DNA from: Vicugna vicugna
Lineage: Eukaryota
Assembly (NCBI GenBank): GCA_013265495.1
Contig: MU057632.1
Span: 728,054-792,053 of the forward strand
Reading direction: 5' to 3'
Length of the DNA stretch: 64,000 nt
Shown: positions 26,341-38,592 of the stretch, piece by piece
Layout: each line of letters opens with the position of its first letter
How positions within the stretch are numbered: the stretch's first letter is position 1
Notes under the pieces: model-generated
Told to the model about the DNA's origin: nothing
The model's input: only the letters and a program-made list of their open reading frames with translations
Database searches by the model: none
Position numbers and translations under genes: made by a program

Positions 26341-28684
26341 AAGACCTACACTCTAAGAATGGAGGTATTACTGAAAGGAAGGGCCGGGATTCAGACACGT
26401 GGAAATACTAAGTTTATTTAAAGCAGGACACCCAAGAGCGCTTTCTTAATAGGAAATGAAAATTAAGGAATATTTACTGGGTGTGGATGAATCTGGAAAT
26501 ACAGATGTGATGCTCATATGCAGAAGCTGAAGCAGTATAACAGAAGATTTCTTAAAACGAGAATGCTGAATTTTGGTGACTCTTCACAGGAGAGAGAAAA
26601 ACCTAACCACGGATAAGGGGGAAAAAGTCACTTGTTAAAGAAGGAAGAGGGAAAAACATCAGGCCATGCACTGACACAAAGAGGAGTGATCCCTGAAATG
26701 TGCCCCCATTTGTCACTTGCTTCGGGAAGGCCAAGAAGAATGAGAATAGGTTGTCAAATAAAAGGTACAATTGTGACGCAGGAAGAGAAGCATAAAATCT
26801 GATACCTGGCAAGTTCTGCGGAGGATGTCCCTGCCAAACTACCCCCACCACCGGCAAACTGAGTCTTAGAGAGAGCGAGTCGGAGTTCATTCCCCAAGTC
26901 ACTCTGTGATAGAACTATTTGGTTAAACCATCAACACCCAGTCTCTGAAAGCATGGTCTTCCATGCAAGTGATTGAGGACGCAACTCTTGGGAAGATAAG
27001 TATTATCTGAAATCCAGCAATGACTGTAACTAGAATACAATGTAAATGAAAAAAGCAAAGGGGCCAGTGTTCCAATGCCAATCACTTGGATCTAGCACCT
27101 ACAAAGCTGTGCCTTGGGGGGAGTTCCTAACTTTAATTATTGCTGCATTTTATTCTAAGAGAACATAATTCTGTTCAACTCATGAATAACAGGGAGGGAG
27201 CTAGCTACAGGGGAAAAATGAGAAGAGCGAGATGGTGGAAAGTTGGAGAAGGACCTATGCCATCTCTGACCCTGCAGTCTCTCACATAGGAGACACTGGT
27301 TCTCTAGAACGAAAGCAAAGAGAATTTCCATTTCATCCAAGAGATAAAGGATCTTGAAATCTGGCGGTGAGAACCTATTCGCAGTCTGTACTATAAAGCA
27401 TCCTTTATGACATCAACAGTGCATACCAGGAAGCTTCACCATCAAGAACAAAACAAGCAAAAACAAATGCAAAACACTTTCCACTCTGAAGGGAGAAATC
27501 TGAGCCCCAGGAAGAGCAACGGTTCTTCACAAAGGACAGCCCCTCTCACTGGGACGGTGGCTCTGCCACACGGACGCTGGCTGACCTGGGTCCATCCTAC
27601 TCCCATGACTTTCAGGAAGACCAACCTCTGTTTCGATAAACAGCTGGATGCACGAGTTCAATTCCTGAATGGCTCAAAATCCTCTCCCTCTAATTTATTT
27701 ATCAATTGGTCCAGTTGAAGGCATCATTTCAGATACGTCCTTTCCAAGATGCCAAGCCAACTCTAAAAAGGATTTCATGAACGTTTTTCAGTATAAGTCA
27801 ATTTTGTGACAAGACTTTTGCTGTTAAAAAACAATAAATGAAACTACAGAGCATGGCAGGGGAAACAGACGCTGACAACTGAAACCAGCCCAACACCTCA
27901 CTTACCTTTGGTTTTCCATAGTACCGAGACTAGTCACGAATTATCTAATATGTTATGATCAAATGTTACATAATTTTAGGCAGTTTTTTAAATATATTTT
28001 ATAATACACAAATAACCATCTTCCCTTCTGTGTTGGCTTTTCCCCCTATATAGCTTGAGGACAGAAAGCTTTTAAGATTTATAAGCAGTAGAAAATATCT
28101 GAAACTCAAATTTGCATTAAAACATTATTCTTTGCACAAATCCACTGACCCATTTTTCTAAAGTAAAAATAACTGCTGGGTTCTTACTGGCATTGAAAAC
28201 ACAACCATTTCAGTTCCACGTTTATATTCAGACAGTACCTTGAAGACTGAACTTCAAGTTGCACAACCGACCTTGTTTTCTCTAACAATAGGGAGACAGC
28301 CTGCATTATAAGTAATTGTATTTATGGAACATTTTGAAAAGGAGAATCCTGTTGCTTTTCTTGCATTTAAATCAATTTGGTTCTTTAATACTTCTTTGCA
28401 TTTCCTTGAATATTTGTAAATATGGCTTGAATTTTTTTTATCTTAAAGGTGAATATCTGACCACTTTATAGATTGACAAATGATACCTTGTTAGATGGCT
28501 GTAGAGAAACAAATAAAATAAAATCAACCCACACATGTCACAGGTTTCCAGAAACAGAGAAATAACCGTCTGTTGCCAAGAAGAAGGCGTACACTGTACC
28601 ATCCCATCAGGAGACGCAGCATGAAGACCAACTCGCTTCTCCAGCAAGAACCTGAGATGGTCGAGTGGAATGGACGGCACTCAC

Positions 28685-28920
28685 CTGTTTGGCTCAGTTG
28701 GGATGTGCTTCTGCTCCTTCGAGACACTATGGCAACCACCTTGGCACTCAGGCTGGACCTTCTCTTCTTTCCACCTGCTCCGACTGTCCCCACAGCCGTG
28801 TCCGACTGGCTGCCATCATTATGCTCCAGTGTATACATCTCTCCACTCACACTCGTGCTCTTCGTGATGGCTCTTCCTGAAGTCCCCATCCGTCTGCCTT
28901 GCATTTTAGGGGTAAATGAA
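28685..28920 (-). CDS. RIMS1: RIMS1 internal coding exon, 236 nt, phase 2->1: (S)SFTPKMQGRRMGTSGRAITKSTSVSGEMYTLEHNDGSQSDTAVGTVGAGGKKRRSSLSAKVVAIVSRRSRSTSQLSQT
   Basis: Borders are tttttactttgtaaatatag|TTCATTTACC...CAAACAG|gtgagt. The peptide lies inside ORF 28524..28955 and includes the RIM-family KKRRSSL.AK.VAIV..SRSTSQL motif. Confidence 0.96.
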
Positions 28921-31900
28921 CTATATTTACAAAGTAAAAACATATATGCATCCATAAATTACAGGTCAGCATAACAGACACTCTCAGTCTAATTTATTTT
29001 GAAATAATCCAGGCAAATTGTTGGGGCAGGAGAAGCCAGCTGAGGAGTACTCTTATGGCTATGAGCACTTTCAAATTGCATCACCACCCCCAAATATGTA
29101 CTAAATGTGGCTTCAAACCATCGCATCTTAACACAGGGCAATCTATACACTAGTTTTGGATACAGGATATATTTTATTATGTGTTATTACAAGAAATTGA
29201 ATATAGTTTCCTGTGCTCTATAGGAGGTCTTTGCTGTTTATCTATTTTATATATATAAACTTTTAAAAGATAATAAATGGTTAATTCTCTCCATGGGGAT
29301 GTGAATGTGACTGACCGATTTTGTAAACAGTTACTATCAGAGAAAAATTAAAATACTTAAATCAGTAGAAAAGTTCATTATCTATCCCTGAGGGGGAAAT
29401 ATTGTTAAAAATTGATCCTCTGAATTTGCCACAAGGTTTCAAAGAGTGAAAACAGTGTCTGTTCTAGGTTCTCTTTGGGATTCCAACAGACAGACATTGC
29501 TTTTGCTAATCTGAGGCTTAATGCGTCTAGGAAAGACTCCTGATGAGGCAAAACCTCCTGCATCACCCCCTTCCTCTTAGATCCCTTGTGCTCCATCTCC
29601 TCCACACACACTTCCTCTCGTTTTCATCTCTCAGCTCTTCAAATTCACAGACTCTGGGTTCAGATATTTTTTTGGGTCCCATTCTTTTCTGCAAAACTCA
29701 TCTCTGTTCTCAGAGTACACAAGTTTATCTGAACAGATTACTTTACTTCTCTCCCAAATGAATGCCTCACTGTTGAGAATTTCAGGCACCGGGGAAGGTC
29801 GACAGGAGTAAATCCTCTCTACTTGCTGAAGTCAACGTGTGTCCGTGAATTGGGGAGAGATGGGGTGGGTAAGTGAGGAGACAGGGACATGACTCTTTTT
29901 AATAATGCTGCATATGCAGCCCTATTACCCTCTAGTCCACCCCTTTTTGATCCAGTGAAGACCTGGTTTAATATCTCTGAAATGATCCTCTTAATTTAAC
30001 GTTTCCTCAGAATATCTACAAAAATTGGCTTCCATGACCTTTCCCGCCATCTTGATTTTCTATTTCTTGTTTTGAACTACAAAATACAGTACCTAATGTA
30101 GCTTCTTGGGTCAGTGATGACACTTCATACACATCAGAATAAACCCCAGTATGATTAGGAATGATGAAACAGAAAGTCTTGGGATGACGTAACATGTTTG
30201 TGGCCGCACACTCAGCGAGAGCTTCAGTAGAAGGGGAAGCTGGCTTGGGGTGGTTCAGAGGGGTTAGCGGGCTTAGACGCATGGAAGAGGGTCCAGGACT
30301 GCTTAGATCTTAGGTCCCTTCATAAACAGTGAACTGAAACTGATGCCTCTATTTGACAGGAATAATTTGGAATTTTTCATCCCTAGCTGCATTCCTTGAA
30401 TTGGTGCACACCAACACTCACCTGGTAACAATAAGGTATTCATTGTCTTTCATTTTGTTCTAATAATCTTTTCATTCACTCAAAAGTTTTTAAAGCCATT
30501 TGCAAATCAGGCAGTTTTGCTATGCGTTTTACATAGTCACTTTTTCAAAATATGAATGATGACAGTTTTACATATGACTGGTTCAACACTGATTCCTCTG
30601 TGGTTTATATTCTCAACTCTAATGGACTTTCTTTCCTGAGAAATATTATGGTTCATTTCTCTCATGTCCTCACCTGTTTATCTGAATGCATTTCATCAAT
30701 CTGCCACCCCTCCTTAAGTCGGCTCTGACTATCTGCTTATTCTGCTATTTTACTTGCATAATTCTGCTGAAGGACACACAGAAGTGTCAGGATTCAGTCA
30801 ATTTCATGGTCATAATATCCATCTCCCATCTAACACCTGCCATGGAAAAATCATTAGTTTTCCACCTCACTTCAGTCTTCTTAGCACACTCCCCACACTG
30901 GTTACTGAGAACCTCTCTTCTGAAACTATTTTTATCTCTATAGTAAAATATGGGTTAACTAACATGTACCTTTTTTCCTCCCCATTATTTCTACAAACAT
31001 AGAATTCTATCACAGTTCTCAATTTGTATTTACAAAATAATTCCAAAAAAACCCACTATTATAAAATTCTGAAGGGTGTTCTTTGGGTTATAGAGAAGTT
31101 TAAATGAACAGGGAAATGTTTTCCATGATGTTTCTCTTATGAACATTTATTCAAGACAGGCAAGGAAGATTCAACAAATTTTCATGGACATTTAATCTAG
31201 CAATGAGGTATTTACAATACTGACAAATAAAAATTTTGAAAAAAATTGTAGGGAAATTTGTGATTACCCTTTTGAGGGGGGTGAGTTAAGAAGTTATGTT
31301 AAAATGATTTTATGAATAAATGACACACTTTTTCCCAGAAAATGAAACATGTTGTTTAGAAGCTCACAGCTTTCTTGTGGGATTGGAGGACCGTGCGTAG
31401 CTCCCTGAAGAATCAAGGATACCACATGCTCACCTAGAAGGCATTAGTGCATTTTCAATTCTCCTGGTACCTAACTGAGGGGAGAGGTTTGGCGGGCGCG
31501 CGGGGGGGGGGGTGCTAATTAGCTACATTAATTAAATCAATGTGAAGGTCACAGTCTTTGCAAAAACATGCTTTCTATTTTCCTAATCCGTAGCCTTTTA
31601 TTTGTCCTGCTTCCATTGCCTAGGAAACCATTCCTGTCATTCAGATGAGCCTGAATCCTTCGATTCACTTTTAAGGCTCTTGATTTTATAAAGATTTTTG
31701 GAGTCCCAGCTCTCTGTTTTATATTTTGTACTGGTTATGTTAGGATTCTGATGGTTTATATCAGCACATAGCTCATGAATCACTAAATTTGCTCCAGAAT
31801 CCCTCCTATTGCTGAGTAAATTGATGAAGTAAAAACACGTGTTCCATCCATCTACAAACAGACTACACTGTAACCCATATTTAAATATCAAACAAACAAA

Positions 31901-31924
31901 AAAACACACCACCTTTATTTTCTG

Positions 31925-32094
31925 ATGCCCCCTCTCCTGGCCACTGACTTTCTGCTGAAAAATCTCAGAATTGTTTGCCATGTCCTCTCTTCCTAGTCTC
32001 TTCAGATGCTGTGTCCCGAGCTTGAGCCCTCAGAAATTTGCCAAATAAAGCATAACTCTCAACTTTTAGGCTGTGCATTTCATCTCAGTCAGCA
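31925..32094 (+). mobile_element. 3' fragment of a MER41-like LTR (related to the 59938 element)
   Basis: gccaaataaagcataactctcaacttttaggctgtgcatttcatctcagtcagca resembles the reverse complement of 59938-60000. Confidence 0.6.
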
Positions 32095-32709
32095 AGTGAC
32101 AAACCTGCCCAGGTGTGTCTAATAAGACTCTCAAAAATGTGTTCAACCCAACGAAAAACCTGCTCCCTCTCGAACCTCATTAAAGATAACCCCATCAACC
32201 AAGTGCTCAGAGTAATAATCACCTCCTCTCTATTAACAAAAATTATGTAAACTTGGAATTGAGACAAAAAAAAGTTGCTTTATCTGTTAATGCCATGCAT
32301 GAGGATTATCTAATAATGTCCCTAAGGGTCATTTGACTCTCTAGCAGAATGTAACATTTTTTGACTTACTATTTACTCTCATAATAATCATGGTCCAAAC
32401 ATTTGACAACTCTTTGAAAGTTAGATGTTAACTTGAAGAGAACTGATGAGAAGCAACTGATTACTATTACTAGTAGAGAGGATAACCCCAAAGGTTAAGG
32501 TTTTGTTGGCCTAGAGAACATTATCTAGTTTTGAATTGAACTTAGTAACCTTATTTCAGCAGCGCCTTTTTTCTCAGTGATGATATATGTGTACATACAA
32601 GGACATCATCTTAGGAACTGGCTTGTCACCCTGTTGGTTTTCTCACCAATGAGTTAAACTCTGACATTTGCTATCTATTTTTCTTAAAAATCTTCTCCTT
32701 TATTCTTGT

Positions 32710-32880
32710 TCTTTATTGAAGTGTAGTCATTTTGCAATGTTAATTTCAGGTATACATACATGTATATTTTGTCAGTTTCTTTTCCATTATGGCTTATTAC
32801 AAGGTATTGAATATAGTTCCCTGTGCTAAACAGTAAGTGCTTGTTGTTTATCTGTTTTATATATAGTAACATGCATCTGT
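32710..32880 (-). mobile_element. L1 3'UTR fragment
   Basis: tttattgaagtgtagtc...ttacaaggtattgaatatagttccctgtgct. Confidence 0.75.
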
Positions 32881-33819
32881 TTTTCTTATAATTATGTTTC
32901 AATTAGGAGAATTATGTTTTGAGAGTATCAGATGTCCCATCAGAATGTCCCAGTGGACGTCTGCGGGAGCTGTGTTTTCTGAGCAAGGCACCTCACGAAC
33001 TCTCTAAACCCAACGATGCTTTTTCCTGGCTCCTGGATTTAATGCCAAGTGGCAACAGAATAGTACCTTCAATTTCTGTTTCTCTGTTTTCTTTTTGACT
33101 CTGGTTTTGTTTTGTTTGTTGCTGGTCCTGGTTCTTGGCGAATCTGATTCTTACACTGCTTTGTTTGTAGCTGGTAATATATTCCTCACTGGTGGCAGCA
33201 ATCATAGGGAATCTATCTAGGGATGGATGCAGTCTGTCGGATGGCAGACATCAGGGATGTATTGAAAGCTGGGTGGCAGACGACAGAAAATCTGGTTTGT
33301 TAGTCTTGCATGTCTGTTCGTTTGCATGTTACTCAAGTTCATATCATTCAAGAAAATGGCTTGTGTACCTAAAAGAACAGCCATTTAAATTCTAGGTTAG
33401 GTTTCTGTGCCAATTTTTGTCTGTGGCAAAGTGGTACATCTGAAACTGCTCGTTTCCTTTGCATGTGTAAAAAATAGTCTTTTCAATGGGTGATAAAAAT
33501 CTCTTACCTTCCATATACCCTGGGGATATTGGTGTGGGCAGACAGATATTAATTTAATGGAACTCCTCTTCTGGTTGATCGATGGAGACAAATAAGTACT
33601 TAGATAATTCTCCTACAGTTAACTACAGAATTCCCAGAGAGAAAAAAAATGAACTTCTAATGCTTGGAATATGCTTGTCTTTCAAGAAAAATCCATTCTT
33701 AAGAAATTGGTAACTCAAAAGAATTTTAATGTAAGAATCTAAACCCACAATCAAAGTGAATCCTTGGAGACTAGTTTGATAAATTTGGCTTAAAAACAGC
33801 TCTATGAAGACTACAATGA

Positions 33820-34560
33820 GATGCTACTTTGCATGCACAAGATGGCTTTAACTTAAAAAAAAGGTGATACGTGCTGATAAGAATCTGAAGAAACTGAAAC
33901 TTTCATACACTGCTGGTGGGAATGTAAAATGATGTAGCCACTTTGGAACAGTTTGGCAGTTTAGTTAAAGGCAAACATAGTTAAATTGATCTTAGAGTTG
34001 CCATACTACTCAGTAATCCCATTCTTTGATACATTCTCAAGAGAATTGAAAACATACATCCATACAAACACTTACTCATCAACATTCAGATCGACATTAT
34101 TTGTAACAGTTAAAAAGAGGAAACAGCCCAAATGCCCATCAATTGATGAACTGATGAACTGATGATGAAACACAAAGTGTTTTATCCAGACAATGGAATG
34201 TCATCACCCATAAGACGGAATGATTCGTGTAATGAGCTTGGGAAGTTGAAAACATTATACTACATGAAAGAAGCCAGATTCAAAGGCTGCGTATTATATG
34301 ATTCCATTTAAATAAAATGTCTGATAGTCAAAATCATAGAGACAGATGTAGGTAAGTGTTCACCAGGGCTGAGAGGAGAGAGGATGACTGCTAATGGGTA
34401 TGGATTTCTTTCCAGGGATGATAAAAATGTTCTCAAATTAGACAATGGTGATGGTTGCACAACTCACTGGAAACATACTAAAAACCAATGAATTTTACAA
34501 TTTAACAGGGTGAAATTTTATGGTATGTGAATTGCATCTCAAATCTTAAAAAAAAAAACC
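33820..34560 (+). mobile_element. Older L1 (L1M-type) 3' end
   Basis: catacactgctggtgggaatgtaaaatg...gccactttggaacagtttggcagt...tggtatgtgaattgcatctcaa followed by poly(A). Confidence 0.8.
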
Positions 34561-35441
34561 AGCTTTATGTCTTCTTCCAGACTTTATCAGTGTTTTATTT
34601 AACACAAGCACAAAATTTTATCTTATTGTTTAAGATTTAGGATGGTTTTCTTATGAACAGACTAGTTCATATGGAATTCCTATACTTTATATATTGATTT
34701 GACTTACTGGATAAGCTAACGTTCCTTCCATCAACATTTCCAATTGTGAAAAATGTAAATTATGTAATAACTACACTGACCTATAATTCTGAAAGAACTC
34801 TGATATCAACAGTAATTAAGTTGGCTGGATGTCAGCTTAAACATAATCCAAGTGATTAATTAGGTACACAGGGGCTTTGCCTTTGGGTGATGTAAAGGTT
34901 TATATTTAGTTTCGCAACTCTACGGGATACTGTGGGTGTAGGGTGTTTTATTATGTGTGCTGTGTAACTTGCAAGGCTGGCTGCTAAATTTTTCCATATG
35001 ACAGCTGATTATGCTCAATTATCTACCTCCCAATTTTCTCTATGAAATAGAAGCTTGGATTAAAAGTTATAATTAATATGTATGGCTCATTCTACACTGG
35101 AAACTAAGGTGACAAAAATATAGTACATATACAAAGTAATAGATGTGTTTTTATTTATCAAAGGAGAAGAAGGAAATCACTTTTTTACAATAAAATACAT
35201 GGAATATGAATGAGGATAGTAAAAGAGAGAACTTGGGTGAAAAACTGTACAGGGTTTACAGAAAGTGAATTAGTTACCCTGGTTTATTGTAGTTGTAAAC
35301 AGTAAGTCAAAAGAGCCAAAAAATAAAACTTTGACCAACTGTCTCTATATGATAGAAATATTCATCATATAATAAGAAAGATCTATGAACAATTTACTGA
35401 TAAATAGTAAATTAATGCAAGATTAGAATTTGGTTTTCTGT

Positions 35442-35796
35442 CTCATGTATGGAATCTAAAGAAAAGAAAAGAAAAAGACAAACGAACATAAATACAAAAA
35501 CAGAAACAGACTCATAGACAAACTTGTGGTTGCCGGGGTGGGGGGTGGGAAGGGACAGGCTGGGAGTTCAAAATTTGTAGATACTGACAGGTATATGTAG
35601 AATAGATAACAAGATTATACTGTATAGCACAGGGAAATATATACAAGATCTTGTGGTAGCTCATTTGTGAAAAAGAATGTGACAATGAATATATGTATAT
35701 TCATGTATAACTGAATAATCGTGCTCTACCCTGGAAATTGACACAGCATTGTAAACTGACTATAACTCAATAAAATAAAACTTAAACAAAACAAAA
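35442..35796 (+). mobile_element. Young 5'-truncated L1 3'UTR with 17-bp TSD AGAATTTGGTTTTCTGT
   Basis: Identical 17-mers at 35425-35441 and 35797-35813. The body closely matches 40975-41340. Confidence 0.92.
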
Positions 35797-36494
35797 AGAA
35801 TTTGGTTTTCTGTTACAGTGACGAATTGATCTTAAATATTTAGCTGAGAACAAATTTCATTTCATCAGGAAGGGCAATTACCATTAAGGAACAAGAGCTG
35901 TACCTCATGGCAGACTCAATCCCTATTACGACCTGCACAGACACCTGGTCTAGTAAGTGCTCTATGGCTTACAGGATCCTAGAACCACAGGTAACAAAGG
36001 AGGTCATATGCTGAATCAGCAGAATTGGGGGGACCTCATATCCATAGGTACCGTAAATAAAGTCTGGTGGTGCTATTGCTTTGCCTTACCTTGAGACTTA
36101 CACATACGACTTGGTGCGCTACGCCTTACCACAAAATGGCAAAGGGGGTAGGATAATCTATATGCCTTTAATCAAATCAAAGATGCTATCAATATTAAGC
36201 TACATCATTGTTTTATGTATCTTTAAGAAAGAATAATGCTAATTAAACTATGACGTGCCAGCAACTGTAAAATACACACAAATTCCATAGATGGTAAAGT
36301 ACAGACTAGTGTGCATTGTCAAATCAGTTAAATTATGTTGAGAGACAATTCAGAAACTCATTTCAAGCACGATTTGTTTTAAGATTAATAAAATTAAAGC
36401 GACATGAGCTCACTTTCCCTAAAATAGACTAAAAAGACTTTGTACTACCTAAATACACACAAGGGATCAATCATATAAGAAATCATACTCCATC

Positions 36495-36582
36495 TTTTTT
36501 TAAATGGAGGTACTGGTGATTGAACCCAGGACCTCATGCATGCTAAGCATGTGCTCTACCACTGAGCTATTTCCCTCCCCCT
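36495..36582 (-). mobile_element. Short Vic-1-like SINE with 15-bp TSD TCATATAAGAAATCA
   Basis: tRNA-Ala-like body. Direct repeats at 36471-36485 and 36583-36597. Confidence 0.88.
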
Positions 36583-37369
36583 TCATATAAGAAATCAAAC
36601 CTGGGGCCAGATTTTGGCTCATTATTCTAATGTAATGTGGCTGGCATAAAACTTTGGAATAAAATGAAAAAATGTGGGCCTGAAATATCTTTTCATTTTC
36701 AGAAAGTAAGGATGCTTTCAGGAAAAGCATATGATGTACTATGTAAAAATGATCCCCACTCTTAAATTAATGACAAATTTAGCTTAAAAACAATTGTAAC
36801 CAATTTCTGTATATTTAATACACTAAAACAATCTAGAGGTCTACCATGACTCCACAGTAAGCCTAAAAAGGGGCAAGCAATTTAAGGCCTATTCAAAGAT
36901 GGCTGTGGTGCACATAAATTCTCAACGCTCTTTACAAAAATGCTGAAAGTCAATCCAAATTATTTGAGTCCTGCACGTAAGTTTGGATCAAAACAGAAGT
37001 TACTACTCACAAGTGGCAAATACAAAAGGAACCTGATGCTCAAGAGACCACTCCCAGGTGCCCATCTCGAAATTCCCAGGAGCTAAACCACAAGGTCTGA
37101 TGACTCATAACCAAGAGGGCATCAGACACCCACTGAATGCATCTAGCGGACCTGCCCTGAGAGGAGGCACCTGTTAGAACTGAGGGGTGCTCTCAGGTTA
37201 GTTCACTATTTATATTCAATCCCTTCAAGGAGGCCAGACCTTCCGAAGTCACTGCCTCTGTGCAATCCTTGCTGACTTTCCCTCTTATACACATATGTGG
37301 ATTTATAAATGAGGCTCTAAGTAGTCTTCCTACTGAGGACTTGCACTTTGTTAATTTACTCCAACTTAT

Positions 37370-38590
37370 GTAGTTTATTCCTAGCTAGTTTACTTAGGTA
37401 TTACACTTATTCCTAGGTGTTTCATATTTCTGATTATATTGTATTGACGGCATTTTATAAATTTCATTTCCTAATGTTGGTTGCTGGCACATCAAAATAG
37501 AATTGACTTTTATATATAGACCTTGCATCCAGTGACTTTGTTAAATTCATGTATTAATTCTAATGCTGTGTTGTAGATTCCTTTGAGTTTTTTATACTCA
37601 CAATCATACAAGCTGTGCAATCTTCCTGCTTTTATTTATTTTTTCTTATTGTATCGCTACACTGCCAGGTCCAACACTGGACCATCTGAATAATGCCGAT
37701 TAGAAGTTGGGAGAGTGGCCTCAGTGAACACAGAGGGACAGTGTTCTGTGTTTCACTATTAAATGTGATGCTTCTTGTAGGGTGACTGTAGATAACCTTT
37801 ATTATTTTAAGAAAATTCTCTTTTAGTTTGCTAACTTATTTTATTATATGTGTCATGAATTTTATAAAATATTTTTCCTGTATCTACTGAGATGCTGAGA
37901 TGATCATATGATTTCCTTCTTTCTTTCTCTAATGGATTACACAGAATTTCAAACCAGTCCAACATTTACAGAACAAAACTGTCCTCTTCATAATGTATTC
38001 TCATTCTCTCTCTCAGAATTTCTCTCTCTCTCTCTCTCATATAGAGATAGATGGATGGATAGAGACAGACAGATGGACAGACAGATCACCCTGTGCCAGA
38101 GACCAGAAATCTCCCTGTGACCAAACAATGCTGGAGCCACGCCCACTCATGGCAACACTGACATGGGGTGACAGTGACCATGTCCAGCCTGGCTCAGTCC
38201 CCCCCCCCCACAGGGAACAGGAGTCTCCAGGGAGATCCCACTGAGGTGGAACAAACACCCTGCTATTAAAAAATGTCTAAAAAACCCACAGATGGAATTT
38301 TAAAAAGTGGTCTCTATTTGAATTCAACTTGCTAAAATTTTCCTATTGTCTTTTGTCTATTTTAATGAGAGGTTTTGGCCTGTAATATTCCCATCACGTC
38401 CTTCCCAAATTTATCAAGTAGAGGCTTGCCTCCCAGAGAGAGTTTGGAAGTATTACTCCTTTTTACTCTCTGGAAAAACTGCATAAGACTGAGAACATTT
38501 ATTCTTTAAATATTTGGCATAATTTACCAGTGAATCACCTGAGTCAGCAGTTTCCCTTGTGGGAAAATTTGAAACAACTATAAGCTCATC
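37370..38590 (-). mobile_element. Old, degraded L1 ORF2 fragment that resumes after the young L1 (about 41345-42060)
   Basis: Antisense L1-like text, e.g. gttgctggcacatcaaaatagaattgactttt, tggcataatttaccagtgaatcacctg, and after 41345 ggactcttcagagtttttatt. Confidence 0.6.
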
Positions 38591-38592
38591 TT

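Noticed and set aside
28573..28974. 133-aa plus-strand ORF
   Set aside because: It is the antisense shadow of the RIMS1 exon and has no independent support.
31490..31545. G-run with CpGs next to TAATTA palindromes as a promoter or G-quadruplex
   Set aside because: It is too short, has no CpG island and shows no other promoter evidence.
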